Assembly (NCBI GenBank): GCA_905234715.1
Contig: CAJOJI010000001.1
Coordinates: forward strand, 8,582-72,581
Reading direction: 5' to 3'
Source of the DNA: an uncultured Saccharofermentans sp.
GTDB taxonomy: Bacteria; Bacillota; Clostridia; Saccharofermentanales; Saccharofermentanaceae
DNA: 64,000 nt
Position numbers and translations under genes: made by a program. How positions within the stretch are numbered: position 1 is the first letter of the stretch; each line of letters opens with the position of its first letter. Below the pieces are notes generated by a model. It ran no database searches and had not been told where the DNA came from. It worked only from the letters and a program-made list of their open reading frames with translations. Positions 19,099-26,799 of the stretch are shown one piece after another.

Positions 19099-19138
19099 TT
19101 CGTTCGCCTCCGTTTTTGGTTTTCTATGGCATGCACAC

Positions 19139-19172
19139 ATTATGCCACATAAACCTACCTTGTCAATAGGTT
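19139..19172 (-). promoter_or_regulatory. Sigma-A promoter (TTGACA-16-TGnCATAAT) with AACCTA-N9-TAGGTT operator
   Basis: -35 at 19161-19166, -10 at 19139-19144, perfect palindrome at 19152-19172, immediately after the iscU stop. Confidence 0.75.
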
Positions 19173-19179
19173 ATTCAGA

Positions 19180-19560
19180 TTATTTTTCTTCCTGCCTGGA
19201 TTCATAGTCCTTGAGAGCAGCTTCAATTGCTTCCTGTGCAAGGACTGAACAGTGCATCTTATAGTCAGGCAGACCGTCCAAAGCTTCTGCAACTGCTTTG
19301 TTTGTAAGCTGTCTTGCTTCCTCAACGGGCTTGCCCTTGATGAGTTCAGTTGCCATTGAGCTTGATGCAATTGCGCTTCCGCATCCGAATGTCTCGAACT
19401 TAACATCCTTTACGATGTCATCTTCGATCTTGAGATACATCTTCATGATGTCTCCGCACTTAGCGTTACCTACTGTGCCTACACCGTTTGCGTCTTCAAG
19501 AACGCCTACGTTTCTCGGATTTCTGAAATGATCCATTACTTTCTCACTATATAAAGCCAT
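19180..19560 (-). CDS. iscU: Fe-S cluster scaffold IscU/NifU
   Basis: YSEKVMDHFRNPRNVG, CGD, FGCGSAIAS, KMHCS. Confidence 0.95.
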   Translation of the reverse strand: MALYSEKVMDHFRNPRNVGVLEDANGVGTVGNAKCGDIMKMYLKIEDDIVKDVKFETFGCGSAIASSSMATELIKGKPVEEARQLTNKAVAEALDGLPDYKMHCSVLAQEAIEAALKDYESRQEEK

Positions 19561-19572
19561 GTTGATGCCCCC

Positions 19573-20763
19573 TTATAAAATGAATTGTGTCTTTCCTGCT
19601 ACGAGGTCTCTCCAGACCGGCGAAAAACCTCTCAGGTATTCAACAACTTCTTTGACTGACTTGATTATGTAATCAGCTTCTTCATCAGTAATATCTTCAC
19701 CGATGCTCAGACGAAGTGAACCGTGCGCTACATCGTGCACTCTTCCGATCGCAAGAAGAACATGGCTCGGATCGAGTGATCCTGAAGTACATGCACTTCC
19801 CGAAGATGCCGCGATTCCCTTATCATCCAGCAGGAGCAAAAGCGACTCGCCTTCGATTCCTTCAAAACAGAAATTAATGTTGCTCGGAAGACGGCTATTT
19901 TCATCACCGTTCAATGCAGAATGAGGTATTTCCTTAAGGCCTGCAATGATCTTATTTCTTATCTTAGTAAGATGCTCTGTATTCTTGTCGATGTTATTTA
20001 CTGCATCGTTTAGAGCCGTTGCCATCGCAGCAATTCCGGGTACATTTTCCGTACCTGCTCTTTTGCCCTTTTCCTGAGCGCCGCCTTCGATAAGATTTGT
20101 AAGTCTGATTCCCTTCTTGAAGTAAAGGAATCCTACACCCTTAGGTCCGTGGAATTTATGTGCGGAAGCCGAGAGCATATCGATATTTTCTTCATTAACA
20201 TCGATATGAAGATGTCCGATTGCCTGTACAGCATCAGTGTGGAAGAGCACGCCCTTTTCTCTGCATACGGCACCGATACCCTTGATATCCTGGATGGTTC
20301 CGATCTCGTTATTTGCATACATTATCGTTACGAGAGCTGTGTCCTCACGGATCGCAGCCGCAACTTCCTCAGGCTTGATTATGCCGTTCTCGTGAACGTC
20401 CAGAAGTGTTATCTTAAAGCCTTCTTTTGCAAGTTTGTTCAATGTGTGAAGAACTGCGTGATGCTCGAACTTACTTGAGATGATGTGCTTCTTGCCATTC
20501 TTCTCTCCGAGTTTTGCAGCAGAGATAATTGCCTGGTTATCGGCTTCGCTTCCGCCGGAAGTAAAAAGGATCTCTTTGGGATCTGCGCCTATCGTCTTTG
20601 CGATATCCTCTCGGGCCTGCTCTAAGACTTCCTTAGCCTTCTGACCGAATTCGTAAAGGCTTGAAGGGTTTCCGTAAGTATCTCTGATAAGAGACGTCAT
20701 TGTATTTATCGCCGCTTCGCTCATCGCTGTGGTTGCAGCATTATCCGCATATATCATGTGCAC
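19573..20763 (-). CDS. iscS: Cysteine desulfurase IscS/NifS
   Basis: [32 protein letters not shown]. Confidence 0.95.
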   Translation of the reverse strand: MHMIYADNAATTAMSEAAINTMTSLIRDTYGNPSSLYEFGQKAKEVLEQAREDIAKTIGADPKEILFTSGGSEADNQAIISAAKLGEKNGKKHIISSKFEHHAVLHTLNKLAKEGFKITLLDVHENGIIKPEEVAAAIREDTALVTIMYANNEIGTIQDIKGIGAVCREKGVLFHTDAVQAIGHLHIDVNEENIDMLSASAHKFHGPKGVGFLYFKKGIRLTNLIEGGAQEKGKRAGTENVPGIAAMATALNDAVNNIDKNTEHLTKIRNKIIAGLKEIPHSALNGDENSRLPSNINFCFEGIEGESLLLLLDDKGIAASSGSACTSGSLDPSHVLLAIGRVHDVAHGSLRLSIGEDITDEEADYIIKSVKEVVEYLRGFSPVWRDLVAGKTQFIL

Positions 20764-20790
20764 TCATCCTCTCCTGAATAAGATGAACGT

Positions 20791-20825
20791 ATCATAATTC
20801 GTTTAACCCACCAAGTCAATAGGTT
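20791..20825 (-). promoter_or_regulatory. iscS promoter (TTGACT-17-TATGAT) with AACCTA-N9-TGGGTT operator variant
   Basis: -35 at 20814-20819, -10 at 20791-20796, palindrome at 20805-20825. Confidence 0.75.
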
Positions 20826-20845
20826 TATATGAAATCAATTTGATG

Positions 20846-20894
20846 TTGACAAGCTAATTCAGATTAGCTATAATCTGGCTAATTTGGATTAGCC
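20846..20894 (+). promoter_or_regulatory. Consensus sigma-A promoter with two GCTAAT-N4-ATTAGC TetR-type operators
   Basis: TTGACA 20846-20851, 17-bp spacer, TATAAT 20869-20874; palindromes at 20853-20868 and 20877-20894. Confidence 0.8.
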
Positions 20895-20914
20895 AACATT
20901 TTCGAGAGGTCAAT

Positions 20915-21532
20915 ATGGATACAAAGCAGAGAATTCTTGATGAAGCACTTACACTCTTTTCCGAGAAAGGTTACGCGAATGTCTTTGTCGGCGACATCGC
21001 TGAGCGGGTCGGAATTAAGGCGCCTTCACTATATAAACACTATAAGAATAAAAGAGCGATTTTCGACGCCATAATCGATCTGATGAATTCCAGATTTGCC
21101 GAGCAGGCCAAGGCACTTCAGATCAGCGGTACCGATGCTGCCGTGGATTCGAAAATATATCAGAACATGTCTGAAGAAAATCTTCTCAAACTAGGACGTG
21201 AATTCTTCCTCTTCTATCTTCATGACGACTACAACAAACGCTTCCGGAAAATGCTCACGTTAGAACAGTTCAGCAGCAAGGAACTTGCAGGGATCTACAC
21301 AAAACTTTATGTCGATGATCCGCTCTCATACCAGAGCATGCTTCTCGGAATGGTCGCAGCAGCAGGAATGCTTCACACGGATGACGTCGAGATAATGACT
21401 CTCCACTTCTACTCGCCCATCTACTACCTGCTAACGATATGCGACAGAGATCCTTCGAGAGAACCATGGGCATTGGAAACTCTGGACAAACACATCAAAC
21501 AATTTAATCGCCTTTACGGGAGGACAAAATAA
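20915..21532 (+). CDS. TetR/AcrR family regulator
   Basis: TKQRILDEALTLFSEKGY...IAERVGIKAPSLYKHY. Confidence 0.93.
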   Translation: MDTKQRILDEALTLFSEKGYANVFVGDIAERVGIKAPSLYKHYKNKRAIFDAIIDLMNSRFAEQAKALQISGTDAAVDSKIYQNMSEENLLKLGREFFLFYLHDDYNKRFRKMLTLEQFSSKELAGIYTKLYVDDPLSYQSMLLGMVAAAGMLHTDDVEIMTLHFYSPIYYLLTICDRDPSREPWALETLDKHIKQFNRLYGRTK

Positions 21533-22252
21533 ATGAAGATCACGGTAATTAACGGAACCGAAAAACACGGTATCACATATAGACTCAAAGAGATATTCCT
21601 TGAGCAGTTCAAAGGCAAAGCAGAGATAACAGAATTCTATCTGCCCAAAGACGGACCGGGATTCTGTATCGGATGCACTCAATGCTTCCGAGACAACCAG
21701 AACTTATGCAAGGACGCTGCATGTGTTCAGAAGATTGAGAAAGCACTCCTTGAAGCTGACCTGCTGGTTTTCACATCACCCGCTTACGTATTCCACACGA
21801 CAGGCGCAATGAAGGCACTGCTCGATCACTTCGGTTACAGATGGATGCCCCACCGCCCTGCAAAGGAAATGTTCGGCAAGCGTGCAGTAATAATCACGCA
21901 GTGTCTCGGTGCAGGTGCATCTTCCACAGTAAAAGATATTAAGGACAGTCTCTCCTGGTGGGGAATCAGCTATATAAAGAAATGTAGCTTCAAGCTCATG
22001 AGCGAAATCGTTTGGGACAATTTACCCGATAAAAAACGAGCACAGCTTACCAACTGCATTACTTCAATGGCGCGCAAATTCGCAGCCATCGACTACAGCA
22101 AGCCTGCCCGCACAAACCTGATCACTAAGGCCAAATTCTATATGGTCCGTGCCCTTCAGACAGACCTCGGAAAAGAAAATCCGGAATACACTGATTTTAA
22201 GTATTGGAAAGCAAACGGATGGCTGTATAAGACCAGACCGTGGAAAGCATAA
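21533..22252 (+). CDS. Flavodoxin-like NAD(P)H-dependent FMN reductase family protein
   Basis: CIGCTQC and ADLLVFTSPAY motifs; abuts the TetR gene. Confidence 0.8.
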   Translation: MKITVINGTEKHGITYRLKEIFLEQFKGKAEITEFYLPKDGPGFCIGCTQCFRDNQNLCKDAACVQKIEKALLEADLLVFTSPAYVFHTTGAMKALLDHFGYRWMPHRPAKEMFGKRAVIITQCLGAGASSTVKDIKDSLSWWGISYIKKCSFKLMSEIVWDNLPDKKRAQLTNCITSMARKFAAIDYSKPARTNLITKAKFYMVRALQTDLGKENPEYTDFKYWKANGWLYKTRPWKA

Positions 22253-22273
22253 AAATTCGGAACATAAATACAT

Positions 22274-22449
22274 CATCTGTTCGGCAGTAAACATAATCTG
22301 TTCGGCAGTAAACATAATCTGTTCGGCAGTAAACATAATCTGTTCGGCAATTGTTCGGCACTGCCGAACAGATGTAGTAACAAAAGTGCGATTTTGATCT
22401 TATTTTTACGATTTTTGTTCGGCTATACCGAACAGATGCCGAACAAAAA
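22274..22449. repeat. Tandem 21-bp repeats plus inverted copies of a TGTTCGG core
   Basis: ATCTGTTCGGCAGTAAACATA exact at 22275, 22296 and 22317, partial at 22338. Inverted CTGCCGAACAGATG at 22361-22374. Hairpin TTTTTGTTCGGC/GCCGAACAAAAA at 22412-22449. Confidence 0.95.
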
Positions 22450-22496
22450 CAAGACAAATACATAGCAAACACAGAAAAAATACATCATGCAGCATC

Positions 22497-23309
22497 TTAC
22501 GATGAAAGTAGTAAAGCATTACGGTCTTCTTTCCAAGCCAAAGCGTCATCAGGTATCAGACAATCGTATGCCGACCACACCATTTTCTTAAAGTATGCTT
22601 TGTCAAAGTTGTACTTATCATAGAGATGAACATAGATTACATCTCTGCCCGGCCTGTAGTTACCTTTTGAGTAACTGGAGATCTTAACGGTAGTTGAAGC
22701 AGCATAACTGAATTTGTCATTCATACCTAGTACTTCTAAATATGAGCATCTGTCTATCTCATAGAAATCCAGCAGAAAATCAGGATCGATAGTTTCTTTT
22801 GCTTCGTTAATGTACAGTTTTGTCTCGTACTTAAACGGGATGCCCATCTCCTTTAACGTATCAGCTGCAATCAATTCATTTTTGGATTTAAAAACCCCAT
22901 CATCACTTACAGTCGGATTTTCAGGCACATATCTTCCCTGGTAGTCTTTTTTCTTATCAAAGTACTCCTTATCCATTTTATGAGGGTTGTAAGAACTCTT
23001 TAGCGGAAGATTCACTTCAGGCGGAGCAAAGAGATATGTTTCATACCAGCTTTTAAGCAGGGAATCATATTCAGCTTTTATATCTAAATACCTGTTTATT
23101 AACTCAGAATACTTTTTCCCAAGTTTTGTATTTACAAACAGATATCGCGGACGCCTTGGAGTGAATTTAGGATTTTCAGGATCAAAAGTTATTACTACTG
23201 TCGGTTTTCTTCTGATACAAAAATAGCCATGTGGCATCTGTTCTATTAGCCGTCTTCGATATTCAATTTTTACTGCGTGAACTTTCATAGGGAGCTCTAT
23301 CTTTTTCAT
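22497..23309 (-). CDS. Hypothetical protein with a putative PD-(D/E)XK nuclease-like C-terminal domain
   Basis: KSKNE...IPFKYE...IDPDF...YLEVLGM pattern; visibly more AT-rich than its neighbours. Confidence 0.5.
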   Translation of the reverse strand: MKKIELPMKVHAVKIEYRRRLIEQMPHGYFCIRRKPTVVITFDPENPKFTPRRPRYLFVNTKLGKKYSELINRYLDIKAEYDSLLKSWYETYLFAPPEVNLPLKSSYNPHKMDKEYFDKKKDYQGRYVPENPTVSDDGVFKSKNELIAADTLKEMGIPFKYETKLYINEAKETIDPDFLLDFYEIDRCSYLEVLGMNDKFSYAASTTVKISSYSKGNYRPGRDVIYVHLYDKYNFDKAYFKKMVWSAYDCLIPDDALAWKEDRNALLLSS

Positions 23310-23573
23310 CGTAAGTACTCCTCCTATATGATTCCGTTGGTGTATTTATTATCAGCCCAACCCCAGTCTCATTCCATAGCCTAAAGTCTCAATTATTGGG
23401 GGTTAATAATGCATTTGCGGGGGGGTGCGCTTCATTCAGCGGTGTTACAGGCAACGCTTTCCGAATAATTTTTAACGATTATCGCTAAATTCTTGTTGAC
23501 AAAGATTAACTGCCAGCGTATAGTAAAGCCATCTTCGAAGGTGATAGATTAACATTTCAAGGAGTATGGCTTT

Positions 23574-24167
23574 ATGAACGAAGAAAAAGTAAAGATAGCA
23601 AGAATTAAGAAAAGCTGCCATGCCGGAAAGACAGTATCCTCAGTCGTTTTAGTATTTACACTGATCTTATTGCTGATCGGCATAATCGGCTCGATCAAAG
23701 TGCTGAGCATGGGCAAAGAATTCGATGACATGTTCAGCAGCGGAAGATTCGCAGGCATCATTTCCACATCAGATGAGATCGGCGAAGCATCAGCGATCAA
23801 GATCAACTTAGGTGCAATGCCCGGCGAGATCCACTCTGATATCCCTGCCGTACAGGCTGCAATAGACGACCACCCGTTAAGCGTGCTGTATGGTTCCTAC
23901 CTTCTTGGTGCAGGCATTATCTTCGCGATGATAGCGGTATTGATATTCCTGGTAAGATCAGTTTTCGCAATCATCGAAAAGGAACCCACACCCTTCACAC
24001 CTACGGTTAAGAAAAGAATCACGCTTGTACTCATCATCACATGCGTTATCTTATTCCTTACTTCAGGCACTGTGCCTACCCTGCTCTGCATCCTCCTCAC
24101 ATGGGCAGTCAATGCCATTCTCGATTACGGCTTGACCTTACAGGTTCAGTCTGACGAGACATTGTAA
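23574..24167 (+). CDS. DUF2975-like membrane protein
   Basis: Multi-TM protein with the PFT motif and C-terminal GLTLQVQSDETL, directly upstream of a small XRE gene. Confidence 0.75.
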   Translation: MNEEKVKIARIKKSCHAGKTVSSVVLVFTLILLLIGIIGSIKVLSMGKEFDDMFSSGRFAGIISTSDEIGEASAIKINLGAMPGEIHSDIPAVQAAIDDHPLSVLYGSYLLGAGIIFAMIAVLIFLVRSVFAIIEKEPTPFTPTVKKRITLVLIITCVILFLTSGTVPTLLCILLTWAVNAILDYGLTLQVQSDETL

Positions 24168-24179
24168 GGAGGAACAAAT

Positions 24180-24389
24180 ATGGGACAGATAATACTTAGA
24201 TTAGACAGAGTGATGGCCGACAGAAAAATGTCGCTTAATGAACTCTCAGAAAAGGTCGGCGTTTCAAACGTTAACTTATCCAAGATGAAAAACGGAAAGA
24301 TCTCAGCCATCCGCTTCTCGACTTTGGAAGCAATTTGCGATGCACTGGACTGCCAGCCGGGTGACATATTGGAATACAGAAAAGACTGA
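24180..24389 (+). CDS. XRE-family HTH regulator (YozG-like)
   Basis: IILRLDRVMADRKMSLNEL...AIRFSTLEAICDALDCQPGDILEY. Confidence 0.9.
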   Translation: MGQIILRLDRVMADRKMSLNELSEKVGVSNVNLSKMKNGKISAIRFSTLEAICDALDCQPGDILEYRKD

Positions 24390-24414
24390 CAAATAGCGGT
24401 AATAGGGATAGATA

Positions 24415-24444
24415 AAAGAAGCTGCCATAAAAGGCAGCTTCTTT
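24415..24444. terminator. Bidirectional intrinsic terminator
   Basis: AAAGAAGCTGCC/GGCAGCTTCTTT between convergent genes. Confidence 0.8.
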
Positions 24445-24453
24445 ATTGTTGTT

Positions 24454-25542
24454 TTATTCTTCAGGTGCCGTCAGGAACAATGCATTCAGCGCACTGTAAG
24501 CAGCCCCCGCATTCAGCATATGGTCTGTTGAAGTTCCGGCCATCTTCTCGCCGTCCCAGTAACTTACAGACTGACTGCCGCCCATAAGACCGGTCATATG
24601 TCCTTTATATTCCTCCCATTTATCGATCTCATATTCTCTGATTATATTCATGGCAGGCTCAATTACCTTAGCCGATATGAAGCGCAGATTACCGCCCTGC
24701 TCCAATATAAGCTGAGTATCAGAGAACTTCCATACTCTGAGACCATTGGATCTCGGAGGATTGGTCGTCATGTATTCGGAGAGTGCGAAAAGCATATCTT
24801 TCTTTATCTCTGCACCGCACTTGGTGCATTTATCTCCGGTCTGCAGTGTGGTCCCGCACTGGGAGCAAGTCCAGCCGGCACTTGGCAAAACAACCTTATT
24901 GTTATCAGAAGGCTCATTATTATCAGATGCCGCTTCAGCACAGGGCTTGCCGCATTCAGGACAGAATTTACTTAGCGGACCTGTATATCCGCAGCTGCAT
25001 GTGAAAGTCTTTGGTTCCTGGCGGGCTTTTCCGCAGTTAGGACAGAACTTACTGGAGAAGACACATCCGCATTCACAGCGGCATTCCCCTTCTTTCAAAG
25101 GCACAGCGGCAACAGAAACGGCTTCGCGCTTCAGAACGAGATAAAACAACGCGGCTGTCTTAACATTGGCTATTTCTAAATGAAGCTGATCTGAAGTATC
25201 GTGCCAGGCAGCGTTAACACAAAAAACTGTCTGACCATCAGTCTTGAGTAACCTGTCTCCGAGTTTTATCTGAATGTCCTCGTTGGGATGCTGCTGATAT
25301 GTCATTTCTCCCGGAGCAGTAGAAAAGCCCGGCATTCCTGCAAAGCCCATCATGGTCGGTGCAACGGGAGCCATCGAAGGATCTATTGCAACAACGCCGT
25401 AATTACCCTCAAGAACAGCACCGTCAAAACTGACGGTGATTCCCACTGTATCCGTGAGTGTGGCGACGCATTTGTCATCAAAAGTTTTCCATGTTCCCGC
25501 GAGCTGTTTATAATACTTATAGTCAGGGTTTGCCTGTGCCAT
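24454..25542 (-). CDS. Multi zinc-ribbon (double zinc ribbon) protein
   Basis: Repeated CxC/CxxC knuckles (CRCECG, FCPNCG, CSCG, FCPECG, CSQCG, CTKCG). Confidence 0.65.
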   Translation of the reverse strand: MAQANPDYKYYKQLAGTWKTFDDKCVATLTDTVGITVSFDGAVLEGNYGVVAIDPSMAPVAPTMMGFAGMPGFSTAPGEMTYQQHPNEDIQIKLGDRLLKTDGQTVFCVNAAWHDTSDQLHLEIANVKTAALFYLVLKREAVSVAAVPLKEGECRCECGCVFSSKFCPNCGKARQEPKTFTCSCGYTGPLSKFCPECGKPCAEAASDNNEPSDNNKVVLPSAGWTCSQCGTTLQTGDKCTKCGAEIKKDMLFALSEYMTTNPPRSNGLRVWKFSDTQLILEQGGNLRFISAKVIEPAMNIIREYEIDKWEEYKGHMTGLMGGSQSVSYWDGEKMAGTSTDHMLNAGAAYSALNALFLTAPEE

Positions 25543-25607
25543 TTATTGTCTCCTTCTTCAAGAAAATGCCGGAGCATTTCTTTGTTGTTTTTTCGCTGTA
25601 TAAAAGA

Positions 25608-25760
25608 TCAGAACAGATTCTTATCAGTGTATGCAGCAACATCAGTCCAGCTGTTTAACACCGGTTCATCACCTTCCCACTGAACAGTTCCAAAATAATG
25701 CTGAGCAAACCACTCTTTAGCATCGCCTGTTATCCCATACACTTTAAATACACTTGCCAT
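25608..25760 (-). CDS. Unannotated 50-aa ORF: MASVFKVYGITGDAKEWFAQHYFGTVQWEGDEPVLNSWTDVAAYTDKNLF
   Basis: Fills the intergenic gap in operon orientation, weak AAAGGCG RBS, protein-like composition. Confidence 0.4.
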   Translation of the reverse strand: MASVFKVYGITGDAKEWFAQHYFGTVQWEGDEPVLNSWTDVAAYTDKNLF

Positions 25761-25789
25761 ACTGATTGCGCCTTTCAAATATGAAGTTC

Positions 25790-26431
25790 TTAATTGATCT
25801 CTATACTTCCGGCATTAACAGTTATCTTTATGTAATCGATATCGCTGCCTTTGGAAATATACTCTTTTCCGTAACTTTCTTCGCCGATCCTTATATCACC
25901 CGTTTTGGCACGGCACTCAATAGTGTATTGATCAAGATCCTCTATGGCATCAAGCTTAACGCTGCCGACTTTTGCATCGATCACGACCATATTAAGATTA
26001 GTGTTACTGATGTTGATATTTCCTGCCTTTGTGCCGATCTCCGCTTTCAAAAAATTACTGTCGCTGATGCTGATATTTCCTGCATCGACAATCTCTGAAA
26101 ATAAGTCAGCCGATATGCCGTTCATGCTGATGTCGCCGGCAGCAATATGTACATCAAGATTATTCAGGAGCATATCTTTTCCGATGGTAACCATAAGCTT
26201 AGGCTTGCTGATTGCCATAATGCCTTTACGGATCCCGCTTACCGAATTTTGTGTAATCGTAAGAGTACCGTCTGCAAATGATGTTTCAGGAGTAAGATCC
26301 TTCGGTCCTTCATATTCAACGCCTGTAAGACCGCTGCCTTCACCGGCAGTAAAGCTCACCTGACACGCATCAAGATCCATCTTGACTGATTTGATTTCGC
26401 CGCTAAAACTTTCCATTACTATCTCCTTCAA
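25790..26431 (-). CDS. DUF4097-like beta-strand repeat protein
   Basis: Repeated (A/V)G(D/N/S)I motifs. Confidence 0.65.
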   Translation of the reverse strand: MKEIVMESFSGEIKSVKMDLDACQVSFTAGEGSGLTGVEYEGPKDLTPETSFADGTLTITQNSVSGIRKGIMAISKPKLMVTIGKDMLLNNLDVHIAAGDISMNGISADLFSEIVDAGNISISDSNFLKAEIGTKAGNINISNTNLNMVVIDAKVGSVKLDAIEDLDQYTIECRAKTGDIRIGEESYGKEYISKGSDIDYIKITVNAGSIEIN

Positions 26432-26439
26432 TAATTAAC

Positions 26440-26787
26440 TTATTCGGAATCGATTAGTCTTTTTAATTCATCCTTCAGCGAACCGATCTCTGAAAGCAAC
26501 GGAGAATAATCAGTATCCGTTCTTGCTCTGAGCAACTCGGTTATCTCACAGACTTTCTCATACAAAGGCGTGATCGACAGATTTGCAAGCACGCCCTTCA
26601 AAGCATGAGCAGCTTCAAAAGCGCTATTCAAATCACCTGAAGCAATGAAATCGTTTAACTTTGCAAACTCCGGCTGATCGGCAACAGTCGATGCCAGGCG
26701 GAGATACAGGGCTTCATTGCCCATGCATCTTGCAACACCTTCTGCCGTATTGGCTCCATACTCATTAAGTTTATCTATTGTCAGCAT
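26440..26787 (-). CDS. Hpt phosphotransfer protein
   Basis: AFEAAHALKGVLANL. Confidence 0.9.
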   Translation of the reverse strand: MLTIDKLNEYGANTAEGVARCMGNEALYLRLASTVADQPEFAKLNDFIASGDLNSAFEAAHALKGVLANLSITPLYEKVCEITELLRARTDTDYSPLLSEIGSLKDELKRLIDSE

Positions 26788-26799
26788 AGTATCCTCCGT

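Noticed and set aside
22275-22349. CRISPR array
   Set aside because: Units are directly adjacent with no unique spacers, and no cas genes are present.
22064-22472. Heptad-repeat ORFs (MFTAEQI, NIICSAV, RTDYVYC)
   Set aside because: They are translations of the 21-bp DNA repeat in several frames, overlap a real gene and lack an RBS.
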